Source: an uncultured Solirubrobacterales bacterium (GTDB lineage: Bacteria; Actinomycetota; Thermoleophilia; Solirubrobacterales; Solirubrobacteraceae). Taken from it: DNA of 64,000 nt. The position numbers and the translations under genes are program-made. The notes under the pieces were generated by a model that saw nothing but the letters and a program-made list of their open reading frames with translations, searched no databases and had not been told where the DNA came from. Below, one piece after another: positions 28,223 to 38,511 of this stretch (position 1 is the first letter of the stretch; every line of letters starts with the position of its first letter). The DNA lies in the NCBI GenBank assembly GCA_963703775.1, contig CAVPFP010000029.1, positions 17,105-81,104 on the forward strand, in the 5' to 3' direction.

Positions 28223-29901
28223 CGCGCGCCGCCGTAGCCAGGCTGCGAGCGCGCGCCGCCGGCGAGCGTGGCTTCAGCATGGCCGTGGCGGTGATCGTCC
28301 TTCTCGCCTCCGCGATCATCACCTATGCCGCGATGGATGCCGTCGCCGGCGACGTCATACCGGTGCGCAACTCACTAGATCAGAACCGCGCCCTCGACGC
28401 CGCAGATGCCGGTCTCGCGGTGTTCCGCCAGCAGCTCCAGACCAACACCGGCTACTGGAGCACTTGCCCGATCGTGACCAATGCCGTGGTACCGGCATCG
28501 ACCGATGACAACTCGACCGAGCGCTACAGCTACCACATTCTCGCTGCTTCCACGGCCCCGACCACCGACAATCACTGCGATACATCGAACCCGATTGGCA
28601 CGGCCATCGAAGGCAACAGCGTCGGCTCAGGGTCGTTTCGGGTGGAGGTGACCGGCACATCGGGCAACGCGACGCGCTCGATCGTCGCCCAATTCCGTCC
28701 CCCCGCGTTCCTCAACTACGTCTACTTCACCAATTACGAGATGGGCGATCCATCGATCGATGGCGGAAACTGCACTTCGTGGCTCTCGGGCCTCTCGAGT
28801 TACGGCTACTCAACGGCGACCCCGCCCTACTACTGGTCGGTCATCAACGGCTCCACGATCGGGTCGACGCGGGTGTCGAACTGCAGTGACATCGAGTTCA
28901 TCACAGGCGATCACATCAACGGCCCGCTGCACAGCAACGATTACCTGGATATCTGTGGCGCCCCGACGTTCGGACGCTCTGGCGAGACGCCTGCCGACAC
29001 CGCCGAAGCACCCGGCGAGTACTCGGACAACGGCTGTTCGAACAACGCCGTCATCAACACGGCCAACCATACGCTCAACACGAGCGCCGGGACGCTTCCG
29101 CTCCCGTCGACCAACTCGGCGCTCCAGACCGTGGCCAACGGAGGCAATTCGTCGCTGACGAACGGCTGCTCGGCCACGGCAGGATGCGTATTCACTGGGC
29201 CTACGTGGATCACGCTGAGCGGGTCGACGACGCCCTCGACAATAACTGTCACCAACGCCAGCTATAACGGAGGCGTCGCTACGCGCCTGACCTCCGGGTA
29301 TCCAACGAACGGCGTGATCTACGTGCAAAACGGGTCGGGAACCTGCGCCGCTTACGCCAACAGCTCGCCCGACTACCCGACGTCCGGTGATCCATGTGGC
29401 GACGCGACGGTGACCGGCAGCTACACGAGCTCGCTCACGATCGCAAGCGCCAACGACGTGATACTCGCCGGCAGCGTGACCACGACCACGGACAGCAATG
29501 GCCAGCCCACGGGCAACGACTTCCTCGGGCTGATCGCCAACGACTTCGTGCGCATCGCGCACCCGTGCAACAACTCGAACGGCGTCAATGGGTCGAGCGG
29601 CAACTACACATCGCTGAGCAATCCCGAGATCGACGCGGCGATCCTTGCCGTCAACCACTCGTTCATCGTCGACGACTACGGCTGCGGCGCCGCGCTCGGG
29701 ACGCTGAAGGTCGACGGAGCGATCGCACAGGACTTTCGCGGCGTCGTCGGCACCGGTAACGGGGGCGGCGGCGCGTCGACCGGCTACCTGAAGAACTACA
29801 TCTATGACGGCGCGCTCCAGACCGAGTCGCCACCGTTCTTCCTCAACTCATCCGGCAGCTGGCAACTGGTTCGCGAGACCGAGTGCGACACGACGTGTTA
29901 G
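28219..29901 (+). CDS. PilX-like large pilus-tip/assembly protein (560 aa, Thr/Ser/Asn/Gly-rich, Cys-rich)
   Basis: ATG at 28219 (ATGA overlap) within track ORF 27898..29901. N-terminus ..AAGERGFSMAVAVIVLLASAIITYAAMDAV matches the PilX_N pattern (no Glu5). The remainder is beta-rich (..FRVEVTGTSGNATRSIVAQF.., ..INGPLHSNDYLDICGAPTF.., ..AILAVNHSFIVDDYG..). Confidence 0.7.
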   Translation: MTRAAVARLRARAAGERGFSMAVAVIVLLASAIITYAAMDAVAGDVIPVRNSLDQNRALDAADAGLAVFRQQLQTNTGYWSTCPIVTNAVVPASTDDNSTERYSYHILAASTAPTTDNHCDTSNPIGTAIEGNSVGSGSFRVEVTGTSGNATRSIVAQFRPPAFLNYVYFTNYEMGDPSIDGGNCTSWLSGLSSYGYSTATPPYYWSVINGSTIGSTRVSNCSDIEFITGDHINGPLHSNDYLDICGAPTFGRSGETPADTAEAPGEYSDNGCSNNAVINTANHTLNTSAGTLPLPSTNSALQTVANGGNSSLTNGCSATAGCVFTGPTWITLSGSTTPSTITVTNASYNGGVATRLTSGYPTNGVIYVQNGSGTCAAYANSSPDYPTSGDPCGDATVTGSYTSSLTIASANDVILAGSVTTTTDSNGQPTGNDFLGLIANDFVRIAHPCNNSNGVNGSSGNYTSLSNPEIDAAILAVNHSFIVDDYGCGAALGTLKVDGAIAQDFRGVVGTGNGGGGASTGYLKNYIYDGALQTESPPFFLNSSGSWQLVRETECDTTC

Positions 29902-30026
29902 CGCTGCGGGCCCGGCCTCGTCGCGGGAGTGAGACACCTGCGAGTTGGGGCCGGGCTTCTCGCTTTGCTTGCACTGCGCCTGGTGTGGCGCCGCGGAACG
30001 CTTGGTAGCGGGATGGCGCGCCGCTG

Positions 30027-32923
30027 CTAGCTCGCGGCCGCTAGTCCTTCCATCACGCCCTCGAACGCGCTGCGCACGCTCGCGACCGCGCGCGCGAGGG
30101 CGGGACCGAGCCTGTCCAGCATGGCGCCGTCGCCGTCGTTTGCGGCGCACTCGATCTCCGCGAGCACCTCCGCGAGCGCGCTGGCGCCGAGCGTCGCGCT
30201 GCTTGACTTCATCCGGTGCGCGACGCGCGCCGCCGCCGCGTGGTCGGAGGCTTGGACGGCCGTGCGAATCTCGACTGCCTGCGGATCGAGTTGCTCCAGG
30301 AACAGGCGAATGATCCGCGACAGGGCTGCAGCGCCGCCGACGTCCTCCTGCAACGCGGCGAGCATCGAACGGTCGATGGCGAACCCGTCGTCGCGCTGCG
30401 CACCGTTCGCGCGCTCGAGAGCGTCCTCGAGCGAGCCTTCCTCCGCAGGTTGCGCGCTGCGGCCGTTTGCCAGGACGGCGCGCTCTATCGCCTGCGCCAG
30501 CGCCGCGAGCGTGACCGGCTTCGCGACGAAGTCGTCCATACCGGCGTCGCGGCAACGGTCGTAGTCCTCACGCATCGCGTTCGCCGTGACAGCCACGATC
30601 GGCATGCGCGGGCCGCCCGCGGCCTCCCGACCGCGGATCGCGCGCGTGGCGGCATAGCCGTCCATCACCGGCATCTGGCAGTCCATGAGCACAGCGTCGT
30701 AGGTCTCCGCAGCGAGCGCGGCGAGTGCCTCCTCGCCATTCTCGACTGCGTTCACCACGAGTCCGAGGCGGCTCGCCTGCCGTGTCAGCACCTGCTGGTT
30801 GACCGGGTTGTCCTCGGCGATGAGGATCCGCAGGCCGCGCAGATCCGCGACGGCGGGGACATCGTCCGCGACCGGTGGCGCGGGGACAGCCGAGCGACCG
30901 CACCCCGCGAGCGCGTCGTACAGGCGCGACTGCTTGATCGGCTTGGCGATGACGGCATCGAACGGTTCCGCCGCGCGGTCGGCAGGCGCTCGCCGACGTC
31001 GAGCAGCGCGACGACGAACACGCCGTCTTCGCCAGCAAGCTCGTGCAGTTGCGAGGAGAGCCCATCCGAGCTCTCCTCGGCGGAGCTCACCGCGAGAAGC
31101 ACGGCATCGTAAGGCTCGTTCACGAGGGCCGCGCTGAACAGCTTGAGCCCCTCGGCCGCCGAGGAAGCCCGCGTCGTGTGCATCCCCCACGCGCGTAGGT
31201 AGCGGTCGATCGTCTCGGCCGCGCTGGCCGCCGATTCGACGATCAGCACGCGCAGCGGCCGGCTCTGCGGCAGCGGACCATAGGCCGGATCGGCGGCGCG
31301 CTCAGGCACCTCGAACGGGACCGCGAACGAGAACGTCGAGCCGCGACCGATGCCCGAGTCGACCGCCAGCTCGCCACCCAACAGGCGGACGAGACGCGAG
31401 GAGATGGCAAGTCCGAGGCCCGTGCCGCCGTGAGCGCGAGTTGAACTGCCGTCCACCTGCGTGAACGGCTCGAACAGCTTTTCAAGAGCATCGGGAGGGA
31501 TCCCGATCCCGCTGTCGCTGACCGCGAACTGCACTCGCACGCGATTTCCCTCGGCCGGTTGGAGCTCCGCGCGGATCGCGACCTCGCCGGAGTCAGTGAA
31601 CTTGACCGCATTGCCGACGAGATTGACCAGGACCTGCCGCAGCAACCGGGCATCGCCGCGAAGGACCGACGGAGTCCGCGGGTCGACGAAGCAGCCGAGC
31701 GCGAGACCCTTGCGCCGGGCCGGCACGGCGACGATGTCGGTGACGCCCTCGACAAGCGTCGCGAGGTCGAACTCGATCGCTTGGCTGTCGAGCTTGTCGG
31801 CCTCGATCTTCGAGAGGTCGAGGATGTCATCGATTATCGCCAGCAGGTCGTGGCCAGAGGTCCGAGCGATCGTCGCGAGCTCGCGCTGCTCGTCCTCCAG
31901 GTCCGAGTCAAGGATGAGATCGAGGCTGCCGATGACACCGTTCATAGGAGTGCGTATCTCGTGGCTCATCGTTGCCAGAAACTCGGACTTGACGACCGAC
32001 GCGCGCAGTGCCGCGTCGCGCGCGTCGGCGAGCCGTCGTTCCGCCGCGCGCCGCTCCGTTACGTCACGGACGAAGGTGACGAACATTTGCTGACCTGCGG
32101 TTTCAAGCGAATCGATCGTGGCCTCGAGCGGGAACTCGCTGCCGTCGCTGCGCCGGCCGGTACCGGTAAGCCGGCGGCCGCGGAAGTGCTTCGGGTCGCT
32201 GCGCAGGCGGTCGAGGATCTCGACCCAGACCTGGCGGTCACGCCACGGGACGAACGTCTCGAGGTTCTCGCCGACAGCGGCGCGGGTCGTCTTGTAGAGC
32301 CGCTCGGCGGAGCGGTTCAGCTCCACGATCGTGCCGTCGCTGTCGAGCATCAGGATCGCGTCAACGCTCGCTGCCATCACGGCACTCTTCATCTCCTCGC
32401 TGGCCTCGAGCGCCGCGCGCGCTGTCTTCTCCTCGGTGACGTCGCGCAACACCACGCAAACCCCGATCATCTCGCCATCGCCATTGGGGCGAATCGGAGT
32501 AGCGGTCGCCTCGATCCAGCGCGTGCCCCCATCGGGCAGGGCGATCCGGTGCCGGCAACTCTCGCGCTTGCCGCTCCTCAAGGCCACATACGCCGGCAGC
32601 GTGTCGACCCGATGTGGCGTGCCGTCCTCGCGGATCAACCTCGCCGCCGTTTCCTCGGGCGTGAGCCTCAACCGTTCGTCCAGCGGCAATGCCGTTATGT
32701 CGTTGGCGCGCTCGTTGCAGTGGACGACGTTCGAGTCGAGATCGAGAACGAGCACGCCCTCGTCCATGGCTTCGAGCATCGCGGCAGCGAGCTCCACGCT
32801 AACGGCCGACGTGGCCGGCTCGGCGGTCTTCGGAGCCGTGCTGCGCGGGCGCGACGCCCGGCGGGCAGTGCCGCCTTGAGGAGTCCGGCTCGCAGCGCTG
32901 GGCTTGGCGGGAGTCATCGACAC
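30027..32923 (-). pseudogene. hybrid sensor histidine kinase PAS-PAS-HisKA-HATPase-REC(degenerate)-REC-HPt, one frame break
   Basis: Track ORFs 30785..32923 and 30027..31190 join at ..LLDVGERLPTA / AAEPFDAVIAKPIKQSRLYDAL, with the break near 30969-30983. H-box ATMSHEIRTPMNGV; G-boxes DSGIGI and GGTGLGLAIS. The first receiver lacks the acceptor Asp (DAVLLAVSS). The second is canonical (DAVLMDCQMPVMDG). HPt motif AHRMKSSSATLGA. Confidence 0.85.
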
Positions 32924-32991
32924 GACATAAGAACGGCTATCTGGGCGCCGAGGACGACTCGAACATGCGTCCAGGGTGCGGGAATACGAGC

Positions 32992-34109
32992 ATGAGTTCG
33001 CCGCAGCGCCTGCGCATCCTGCTCGTCGAGGACGATGCGATCTTCGCCGCTGTCACCGCCGAGGTGATGCGCGAACGCGCGCTCGTCCGCTGGACACCGA
33101 CGGCGGAAGCGGCCCTCGCCGCCGCGGGCGAGAAGGAATGGGATCTGATCATCACCGACATCGAGCTCCCGGGAATGAGCGGGCTCGAGCTCGTGATGAA
33201 GATCAAGGCGTCGCAGCCGCACGTCGCCACGCTGATCCTGACGGGCCATCGCAGCTTCGACAACGCGGTCGAGGCGATCCGTGTCGGCGCCGACGACTTC
33301 CTCACGAAGCCGGTCGACCGGCGCGACGCTGATCGAGAAGATCGATGAGCTCGCAGCGCTGAGCGCGCGACGCCGCGCCTCGAGTCAGCGCGACGGTCCT
33401 CGCCGTTGGCGCTCACCCCGACGACATCGAGGTCGGCTGTGGCGGCACCCTGCTTTCCCACATCGCGCAGAACCATTCCGTCTCCGCGCTGGTGATCACC
33501 GGCGGCGAGGTGGGCGGAGTCCCCGCCGACCACGCTCGCGAGGCGGCTCGCGCCGCCGAGCTGATGGGAGTCCGCCTATTCCATATCAATGTCGGCGACG
33601 CCAACGTAGGCGATTTGGAGGCGACGACAAACGAAATCCGCCGCGTGCTGGAGGAGCTGACGCCCGACACGCTCTACACCCACAGCATTCACGACTTCAA
33701 CCAGGATCACCGCAGCGTGCACGAGGCCTCGGTCGCCGCGGCCGCGAACGTTCCCCGGGTCTTCTGCTACCAGAGCGCCTCGAGTACCGTCGAGTTCCAG
33801 CCGAGCCGTTTCGTGGCAGTCGATGAGTACATGGACCGCAAGCTCGCCGTCGTCCGTGCCTACAAGTCGAACGTCCGCCAGCGCCGCTATCTCGACGCCG
33901 ATCTGCTCCGCGCGACCAGCCGCTACTGGAGTCGTTACGGACAGACCAGGTTTGTCGAGCCGTTCGAGGTGGTCCGTGAGACGCCGGCCGTCGTCTCGCC
34001 CGAGTGGTCCGACGATGAGGCCGAGATCACGGGCCCAACGTCCTCACCGACTTCCAATGGCGTGGCGTGGGACCAGCGCACGCCGATCGAATCGCCTGTC
34101 AGCGACTGA
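32992..34109 (+). pseudogene. response regulator receiver fused to PIG-L/LmbE-family deacetylase, two frame breaks in the linker
   Basis: REC (LRILLVEDD..DLIITDIELPGMSG..FLTKPVD) runs in track ORF 32965..33348. The linker ATLIEKIDELAALSARRRASSQ is in the frame of ORF 33281... The PIG-L domain TVLAVGAHPDDIEVGCGGTL..NQDHRSVH.. is in the frame of ORF 33492..34109 and has no start codon of its own after the stop at 33360-33362. Breaks lie near 33320 and 33390. Confidence 0.75.
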
Positions 34110-34142
34110 CGGACGCGGATCCGCGACCGGCGCCGGAGAGGG

Positions 34143-35480
34143 CTAGGTCGCCGCGCTCTGTCCGCGGCGCGACACGGCGTCCACGATCACCGCTGCCAGC
34201 AACACCAGCGCCGTGATCATGAACTGGAAGTCGGCGGAGAGGCTTAGCAGGCCCATGCCGTTGTAGATCGTCGCGATGACGAGGCCGCCGAGTAGCGCGT
34301 GGACCATCTTGCCGCGACCGCCGAGCAGGCTCGTGCCGCCGATCACCGCCGCAGCGACGCCGTAGAGCACGAGCTGGCCGCCGTCGGTGTCGGTATTCGC
34401 ACCGCCCGTCCGTGAGTCGAGGATGATGATCGCCGCGGCGGCACTGAGGCCGGCGAGCGTGTAGCAGAGCACACGCACGCGGTGGACGTTGATGCCCGCG
34501 CGGCGCGCGGCTTCGCGGTTGCCGCCGATCGCGTAGATGTAGCGGCCAAAGCGCGTGCGGTTCAGGACGAAGGTCCACACGACGACGATCCCGATCACGA
34601 TCGGCACGACCCAGGGGATGCCCTCGACCGTCGTGCCCTTGAAGACCGCGCGGTTGACGCCACAGACCGCGACGAGCGCGGCGCCGCCCGCGGCGACGGC
34701 GGCGATCTTGGCAACCGTCAGGGCAAGCGGCGGAGCCACTAGACCCCCGGCCCGCCGCCGGCGATCGCGCGTCAAGCTCAGGGCGGCGTAGAGCACGATC
34801 GCGACCGCGAGCACGATCCACCCGGCCGTGACGCTCATGTTGCCGTTGACGATGTCGTAGATCGTGGTGTTGGTGATCCGGATCGAGCCACCGTTCGATG
34901 GGCTCTGGTTGTTGATCACCCAGATCAGGAAGCCCTCCCAGAACAGCAGGCCGGCGAGCGTGACGACGAACGGCGGAAGGCGCAGCCGGGAGATGATCTG
35001 CCCCTGCGTGAAGCCGATCGCAGCGGTCGTGGCAAGGCCCGACGCGATGGCGAACGGCCAGCCGAGGTTGATCGGTGGGTAAGCGAGAATCGTCATCACC
35101 GCTGCCCCGACGGCGCCGGAGTAGCCGAGCGAGAGGTCGATCTCCCCGAGCAGCAGAACGAAGATCTCCGCCATGCCGAGCACCACGAAGGCCGCCGCCT
35201 GCTGGAGGAGGTTTGCGAAGTTCAGCGCCGTGAGGAAGCGCGAATCCTCGATCTGGAAGACGATGATGATCGCGATCAGGCCACCGACGACGGGCAGTAC
35301 GCCGCTCTGGCCGCTGCGCACCCGCTTGAACCAGGCACTCAAGTACTCGTTGACGGTCGCGTCCGGCGGTAGCGCCATGAGATCGCGGTCGAGCGTCACC
35401 TGGTCGGCTGCGGTCTCCTCCTCGATCGCGGGAGGCGCCGTGACCTCGCCGAGGTGCTGCGGCTTGTCGGTTGTGCTCAT
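34143..35480 (-). CDS. sugar ABC transporter permease (CUT2, xylose/ribose-type)
   Basis: Track ORF of 445 aa with ~10-12 hydrophobic helices and a typical CUT2 permease layout (..GEIDLSLGYSGA.., ..GGTSLLGGRGKMVHALLGGL..). Confidence 0.9.
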   Translation of the reverse strand: MSTTDKPQHLGEVTAPPAIEEETAADQVTLDRDLMALPPDATVNEYLSAWFKRVRSGQSGVLPVVGGLIAIIIVFQIEDSRFLTALNFANLLQQAAAFVVLGMAEIFVLLLGEIDLSLGYSGAVGAAVMTILAYPPINLGWPFAIASGLATTAAIGFTQGQIISRLRLPPFVVTLAGLLFWEGFLIWVINNQSPSNGGSIRITNTTIYDIVNGNMSVTAGWIVLAVAIVLYAALSLTRDRRRRAGGLVAPPLALTVAKIAAVAAGGAALVAVCGVNRAVFKGTTVEGIPWVVPIVIGIVVVWTFVLNRTRFGRYIYAIGGNREAARRAGINVHRVRVLCYTLAGLSAAAAIIILDSRTGGANTDTDGGQLVLYGVAAAVIGGTSLLGGRGKMVHALLGGLVIATIYNGMGLLSLSADFQFMITALVLLAAVIVDAVSRRGQSAAT

Positions 35481-36341
35481 CAGATCCTCGCCGCTTCAGG
35501 GACGCCGTTCTCCCGTTCGCTCAACACTCCGGTCGTCATGATCTCGACCGCGCTCTGGCGGTCATAGTCCGATGCGGGGCCGGCGGATACGAGCCGGCCG
35601 AGGTGGAGTATCGCCACGCGGTCGGCGACCGCGAACACGTCGTTGAGGTTGTGCGAGATCAGGAGCACGGCGATCCCGCTGCCGGCGAGGCGCTTGATCA
35701 GGTCGAGCACCATCGCCGTCTGGGACACGCCGAGCGCCGCGGTGGGCTCGTCCATGATCACGAGCCTTGCATCGCCCATCACCGCGCGGGCCACGGCGAC
35801 GCTTTGGCGCTGGCCGCCGGAAAGCGAGCCGACCGGCTGGCGGATTGAGCGTACGGAGGTGACCGAGAGATCGGCGAGCGTCTTGCGGGCGGTCAGCTCC
35901 ATCGGCGTCTCGTCCAGCATGCCGCGACTCAAGGTTTCCGCGCCGAGGAACATGTTGGCGACGATGTCGAGGTTGTCGCACAGCGCCAGGTCCTGGTAGA
36001 CGGTGGCCACGCCGAGCGTGGTGGCGTCGTGCGGAGTGCGAATCTGAACTCGTTCGCCGTTCCAGTGGATCTCGCCGTGGTCGGCTTCGTGGATCCCCGC
36101 GATCACCTTGATCAACGTCGACTTGCCCGCCCCGTTGTCGCCGAGCAGCGCGGTCACCTGTCCCGCCGGCGACATCGAGATCTACGGCGTCGAGCGCAGT
36201 GACCGGCCCGAAGTGCTTCGAGATGCCGTGCAGCGAGAGCAGCATCTGGCCTGCGGGGCTGGGCTCCCGGTCCGCCGAGGCGGACCGGGAGCCATACCCG
36301 TCCTGCGATTCGCTAGCCGCGTCTGTGGAATCGGCCATCAT
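35480..36341 (-). pseudogene. sugar ABC transporter ATP-binding protein with a single NBD, one frame break
   Basis: Track ORFs 35562..36341 (N-terminus ..MLLSLHGISKHFGPVTALDAVDLDVAGG) and 35480..36175 (QVTALLGDNGAGKSTL..LSGGQRQSVAVARAV..LVIMDEPTAALG..LLISHN..). Removing one base near 36161 restores DLDVAGGQVTALLGDNGAGKS. An alternative start is at 36245. Confidence 0.85.
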
Positions 36342-36391
36342 CGTCCGGAGCCTATAGAACGCGACTTTTCTTGCCTACTCGACTTTCGTGC

Positions 36392-37627
36392 CTACTTGAT
36401 CTTGTACTTGGCGCAGTCCGCGGCGTACGACGGGCCCGAAGGCGGCGCGCCGGCGCAGATCTGCGATGCGGGGACGAACTTGTCCTTGACGACCGTCTTC
36501 TCGATCGTCGCCGCCGTGACCCACTCCGGGGTCTCGAGCACTGATGGGATGCTGACGTTCGCGACGCTGTCCGTCGTCGAGCCGTTCAGCAGGGACTTCG
36601 GCACCGACACGTTTGCGCGTGCATACATCGCCAGCGCGGCCGCCGCCTGCGCCTCCAGGAAGACCGGCTTGTAGACCGTTCCGCACTGGTAGCCGCTGAT
36701 GACGTTCTGCAGACCCGGTAGTGAGGCATCCTGCCCCGTCGTCGGGAACGTGTTGGGCTTGACGCCCTGCTGCTGCAGGTAGGTGATGATCGCAGCGGCC
36801 GTCGCGTCGTTAGCCGTCAACGTCGCGTTTGCGGTCGGGTGCGCGGTGAATGCCTGCTGGAATTGCGTTTCAGCGGTCGGCGGATCCCATGTTCCGGCGA
36901 GGTAGCCGTTGGCGCCCTCGAGATCGGTCCACCCACCACCGTTGAACTTCGCGTTCAGGACGCTGAAGTAGCCCTGCGCGAACTGCGTCGCGTTGTTGTC
37001 CGTCGCGGCGCCGTGGTTCACGATGACCATCGGGGTCTTGACGCCCCATGCGGTGACGCAGTCAACGAGCCCCTGGCCCTCGAGCGCGCCGACCTTGACG
37101 TTGTCGAAGCTGACGTAGTACTTGCCGGTGGTGGCACCGCCGAGGGTAAGACGGTCGTAGTCGATCGTCTTGACGCCAGCCGCCGTATCCGCCTTCTCCA
37201 CCTGGTCGCCGGTTGCTGAGTCGACCGGAGTGATCAAGATCACCTTCGCGCCAGCCGTGATGTCCGACTGGTCGTCGGTGATGAAGGTGGAGTCAGAGCC
37301 CTGGGCGTTCTGGATGATGATGTCGCTCGACTTGAGGCCGGCGGCCGACAGCGCCTTCTTGAGGTACGGCGCGTCGAACTCCGTCCAGCGGGTCGAGGAC
37401 ACCGTGTCCGGAAGGATCACGGCCACCTTCCCCTTGGCCTTCTTGGCGAGGGGGACAAGGGCCTTCATCGCCGAGAACGACGTGTTGAAGTCCTTGGAAC
37501 TGAGGTTCTTGTACGTCACGGCCGGCTTAGCCTTGGCCGCGAAACTGCTCTCGCTCGCAAACAGCACGCCGGTGATAGCCACCGACACGATGCCGACAAA
37601 AGCGAGTCTGCTCCTAAGCAGAGACAT
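36392..37627 (-). CDS. sugar ABC transporter substrate-binding protein (periplasmic-binding-protein type I, secreted)
   Basis: ATG at 37627 within track ORF 36392..37702. Signal peptide MSLLRSRLAFVGIVSVAITGVLFASESSFA, then ..KVAVILPDTVSSTRW..AKVILITPVDS.. Confidence 0.85.
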   Translation of the reverse strand: MSLLRSRLAFVGIVSVAITGVLFASESSFAAKAKPAVTYKNLSSKDFNTSFSAMKALVPLAKKAKGKVAVILPDTVSSTRWTEFDAPYLKKALSAAGLKSSDIIIQNAQGSDSTFITDDQSDITAGAKVILITPVDSATGDQVEKADTAAGVKTIDYDRLTLGGATTGKYYVSFDNVKVGALEGQGLVDCVTAWGVKTPMVIVNHGAATDNNATQFAQGYFSVLNAKFNGGGWTDLEGANGYLAGTWDPPTAETQFQQAFTAHPTANATLTANDATAAAIITYLQQQGVKPNTFPTTGQDASLPGLQNVISGYQCGTVYKPVFLEAQAAAALAMYARANVSVPKSLLNGSTTDSVANVSIPSVLETPEWVTAATIEKTVVKDKFVPASQICAGAPPSGPSYAADCAKYKIK

Positions 37628-37721
37628 GCTTCGGTCCCTCTCTCTCTGATCACATTGCTGTGCTACCGAGGCCGGCGCAACGCGTCGCGACCCCCGCAAC
37701 ACGGGAACGAAACGAATCTAG

Positions 37722-37787
37722 GCGTTTTGGCGTAAACGCGACATCAAAGTTCGCGTGGTTTCTGGAACAAGATGTAAACGCGTTTAC
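37722..37787. promoter_or_regulatory. two AT-rich palindromes sharing the half-site AAACGC upstream of the sugar ABC operon
   Basis: GCGTTT-TGGCGT-AAACGC at 37722-37739 and GTAAACGCGTTTAC at 37774-37787, read directly. GTAAACGCG occurs at 37732 and 37774, 42 nt apart. Confidence 0.4.
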
Positions 37788-37794
37788 GTCTTGT

Positions 37795-38511
37795 TTATTC
37801 GGGCGCGAGCCGGTAGCCGACCCGGGGCTGGGTGAGGATCAGCGGCGGGCTCCCGGCGGGCTCGAGCTTGGCGCGGAGGCGGCGCACGTAGACCCGGACA
37901 TACTCCGTCTCGGTTTCATACCCCGGCCCCCAGACGCGCCGCAGCAGCTGCGCATGCGTCAGCAGCTTGCCGCGATTGACCACCAGCTCACGCAGCAACG
38001 CGAACTCGGTCGGCGTCAGATGGAGGGGGGCGCCATCGCGGGTCACCTGGCGCCCGGCGAGGTCCATCTCGAGCCCGTCGCCGAGTGCGACCAACGTGCT
38101 CTGCGCCTCGGCGGGAGCGGGGCGCGTGCGCCGCAACGTGGCACTGATCCGCGCAAGAAGCTCGTCGATGCTGAACGGCTTTGTCAGGTAATCATCGGCG
38201 CCCAGGTTCAGCGCCGCGACCTTGTCGTGATCGCCGCCGCGGGCTGAGACAACGACAACGCCGACGCTCGAACGCTCGCGGACCTGCTTGCAGAGCTCGA
38301 AGCCGTCGACCGACGGCAGCATGAGGTCGAGCAGGATCAGGTCGGGCTGCTCGGTTTCGAGGATCTGCAGCACGCGAGCGCCGTCCGTGGACACGACCGT
38401 GTCGAAGCCGCGCACGGTGAGATTCGAGCGAATCAGGTCGACGATGTTCGGATCGTCCTCGACCACGAGGATCTTCGTGGCGAGCGCTGGCTCAGACGTC
38501 GGCGAGGTCAT
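37795..38511 (-). CDS. OmpR/PhoB-family response regulator (KdpE-like)
   Basis: Track ORF of 238 aa: KILVVEDDPNI..DLILLDLMLPSVDG..LGADDYLTKPF.. plus a winged-helix C-terminus (..THAQLLRRVWGPGYETETEYVRVYVRRLRAKLE..). Confidence 0.9.
   Translation of the reverse strand: MTSPTSEPALATKILVVEDDPNIVDLIRSNLTVRGFDTVVSTDGARVLQILETEQPDLILLDLMLPSVDGFELCKQVRERSSVGVVVVSARGGDHDKVAALNLGADDYLTKPFSIDELLARISATLRRTRPAPAEAQSTLVALGDGLEMDLAGRQVTRDGAPLHLTPTEFALLRELVVNRGKLLTHAQLLRRVWGPGYETETEYVRVYVRRLRAKLEPAGSPPLILTQPRVGYRLAPE

Noticed and set aside
29902-30026. Possible terminator between the PilX-like gene and the hybrid kinase (GCCCGGCC ... GGCCGGGC)
   Set aside because: The stem is only 8 bp, the loop is ~30 nt, and there is no U-tract. 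This is not distinguishable from chance in GC-rich DNA.
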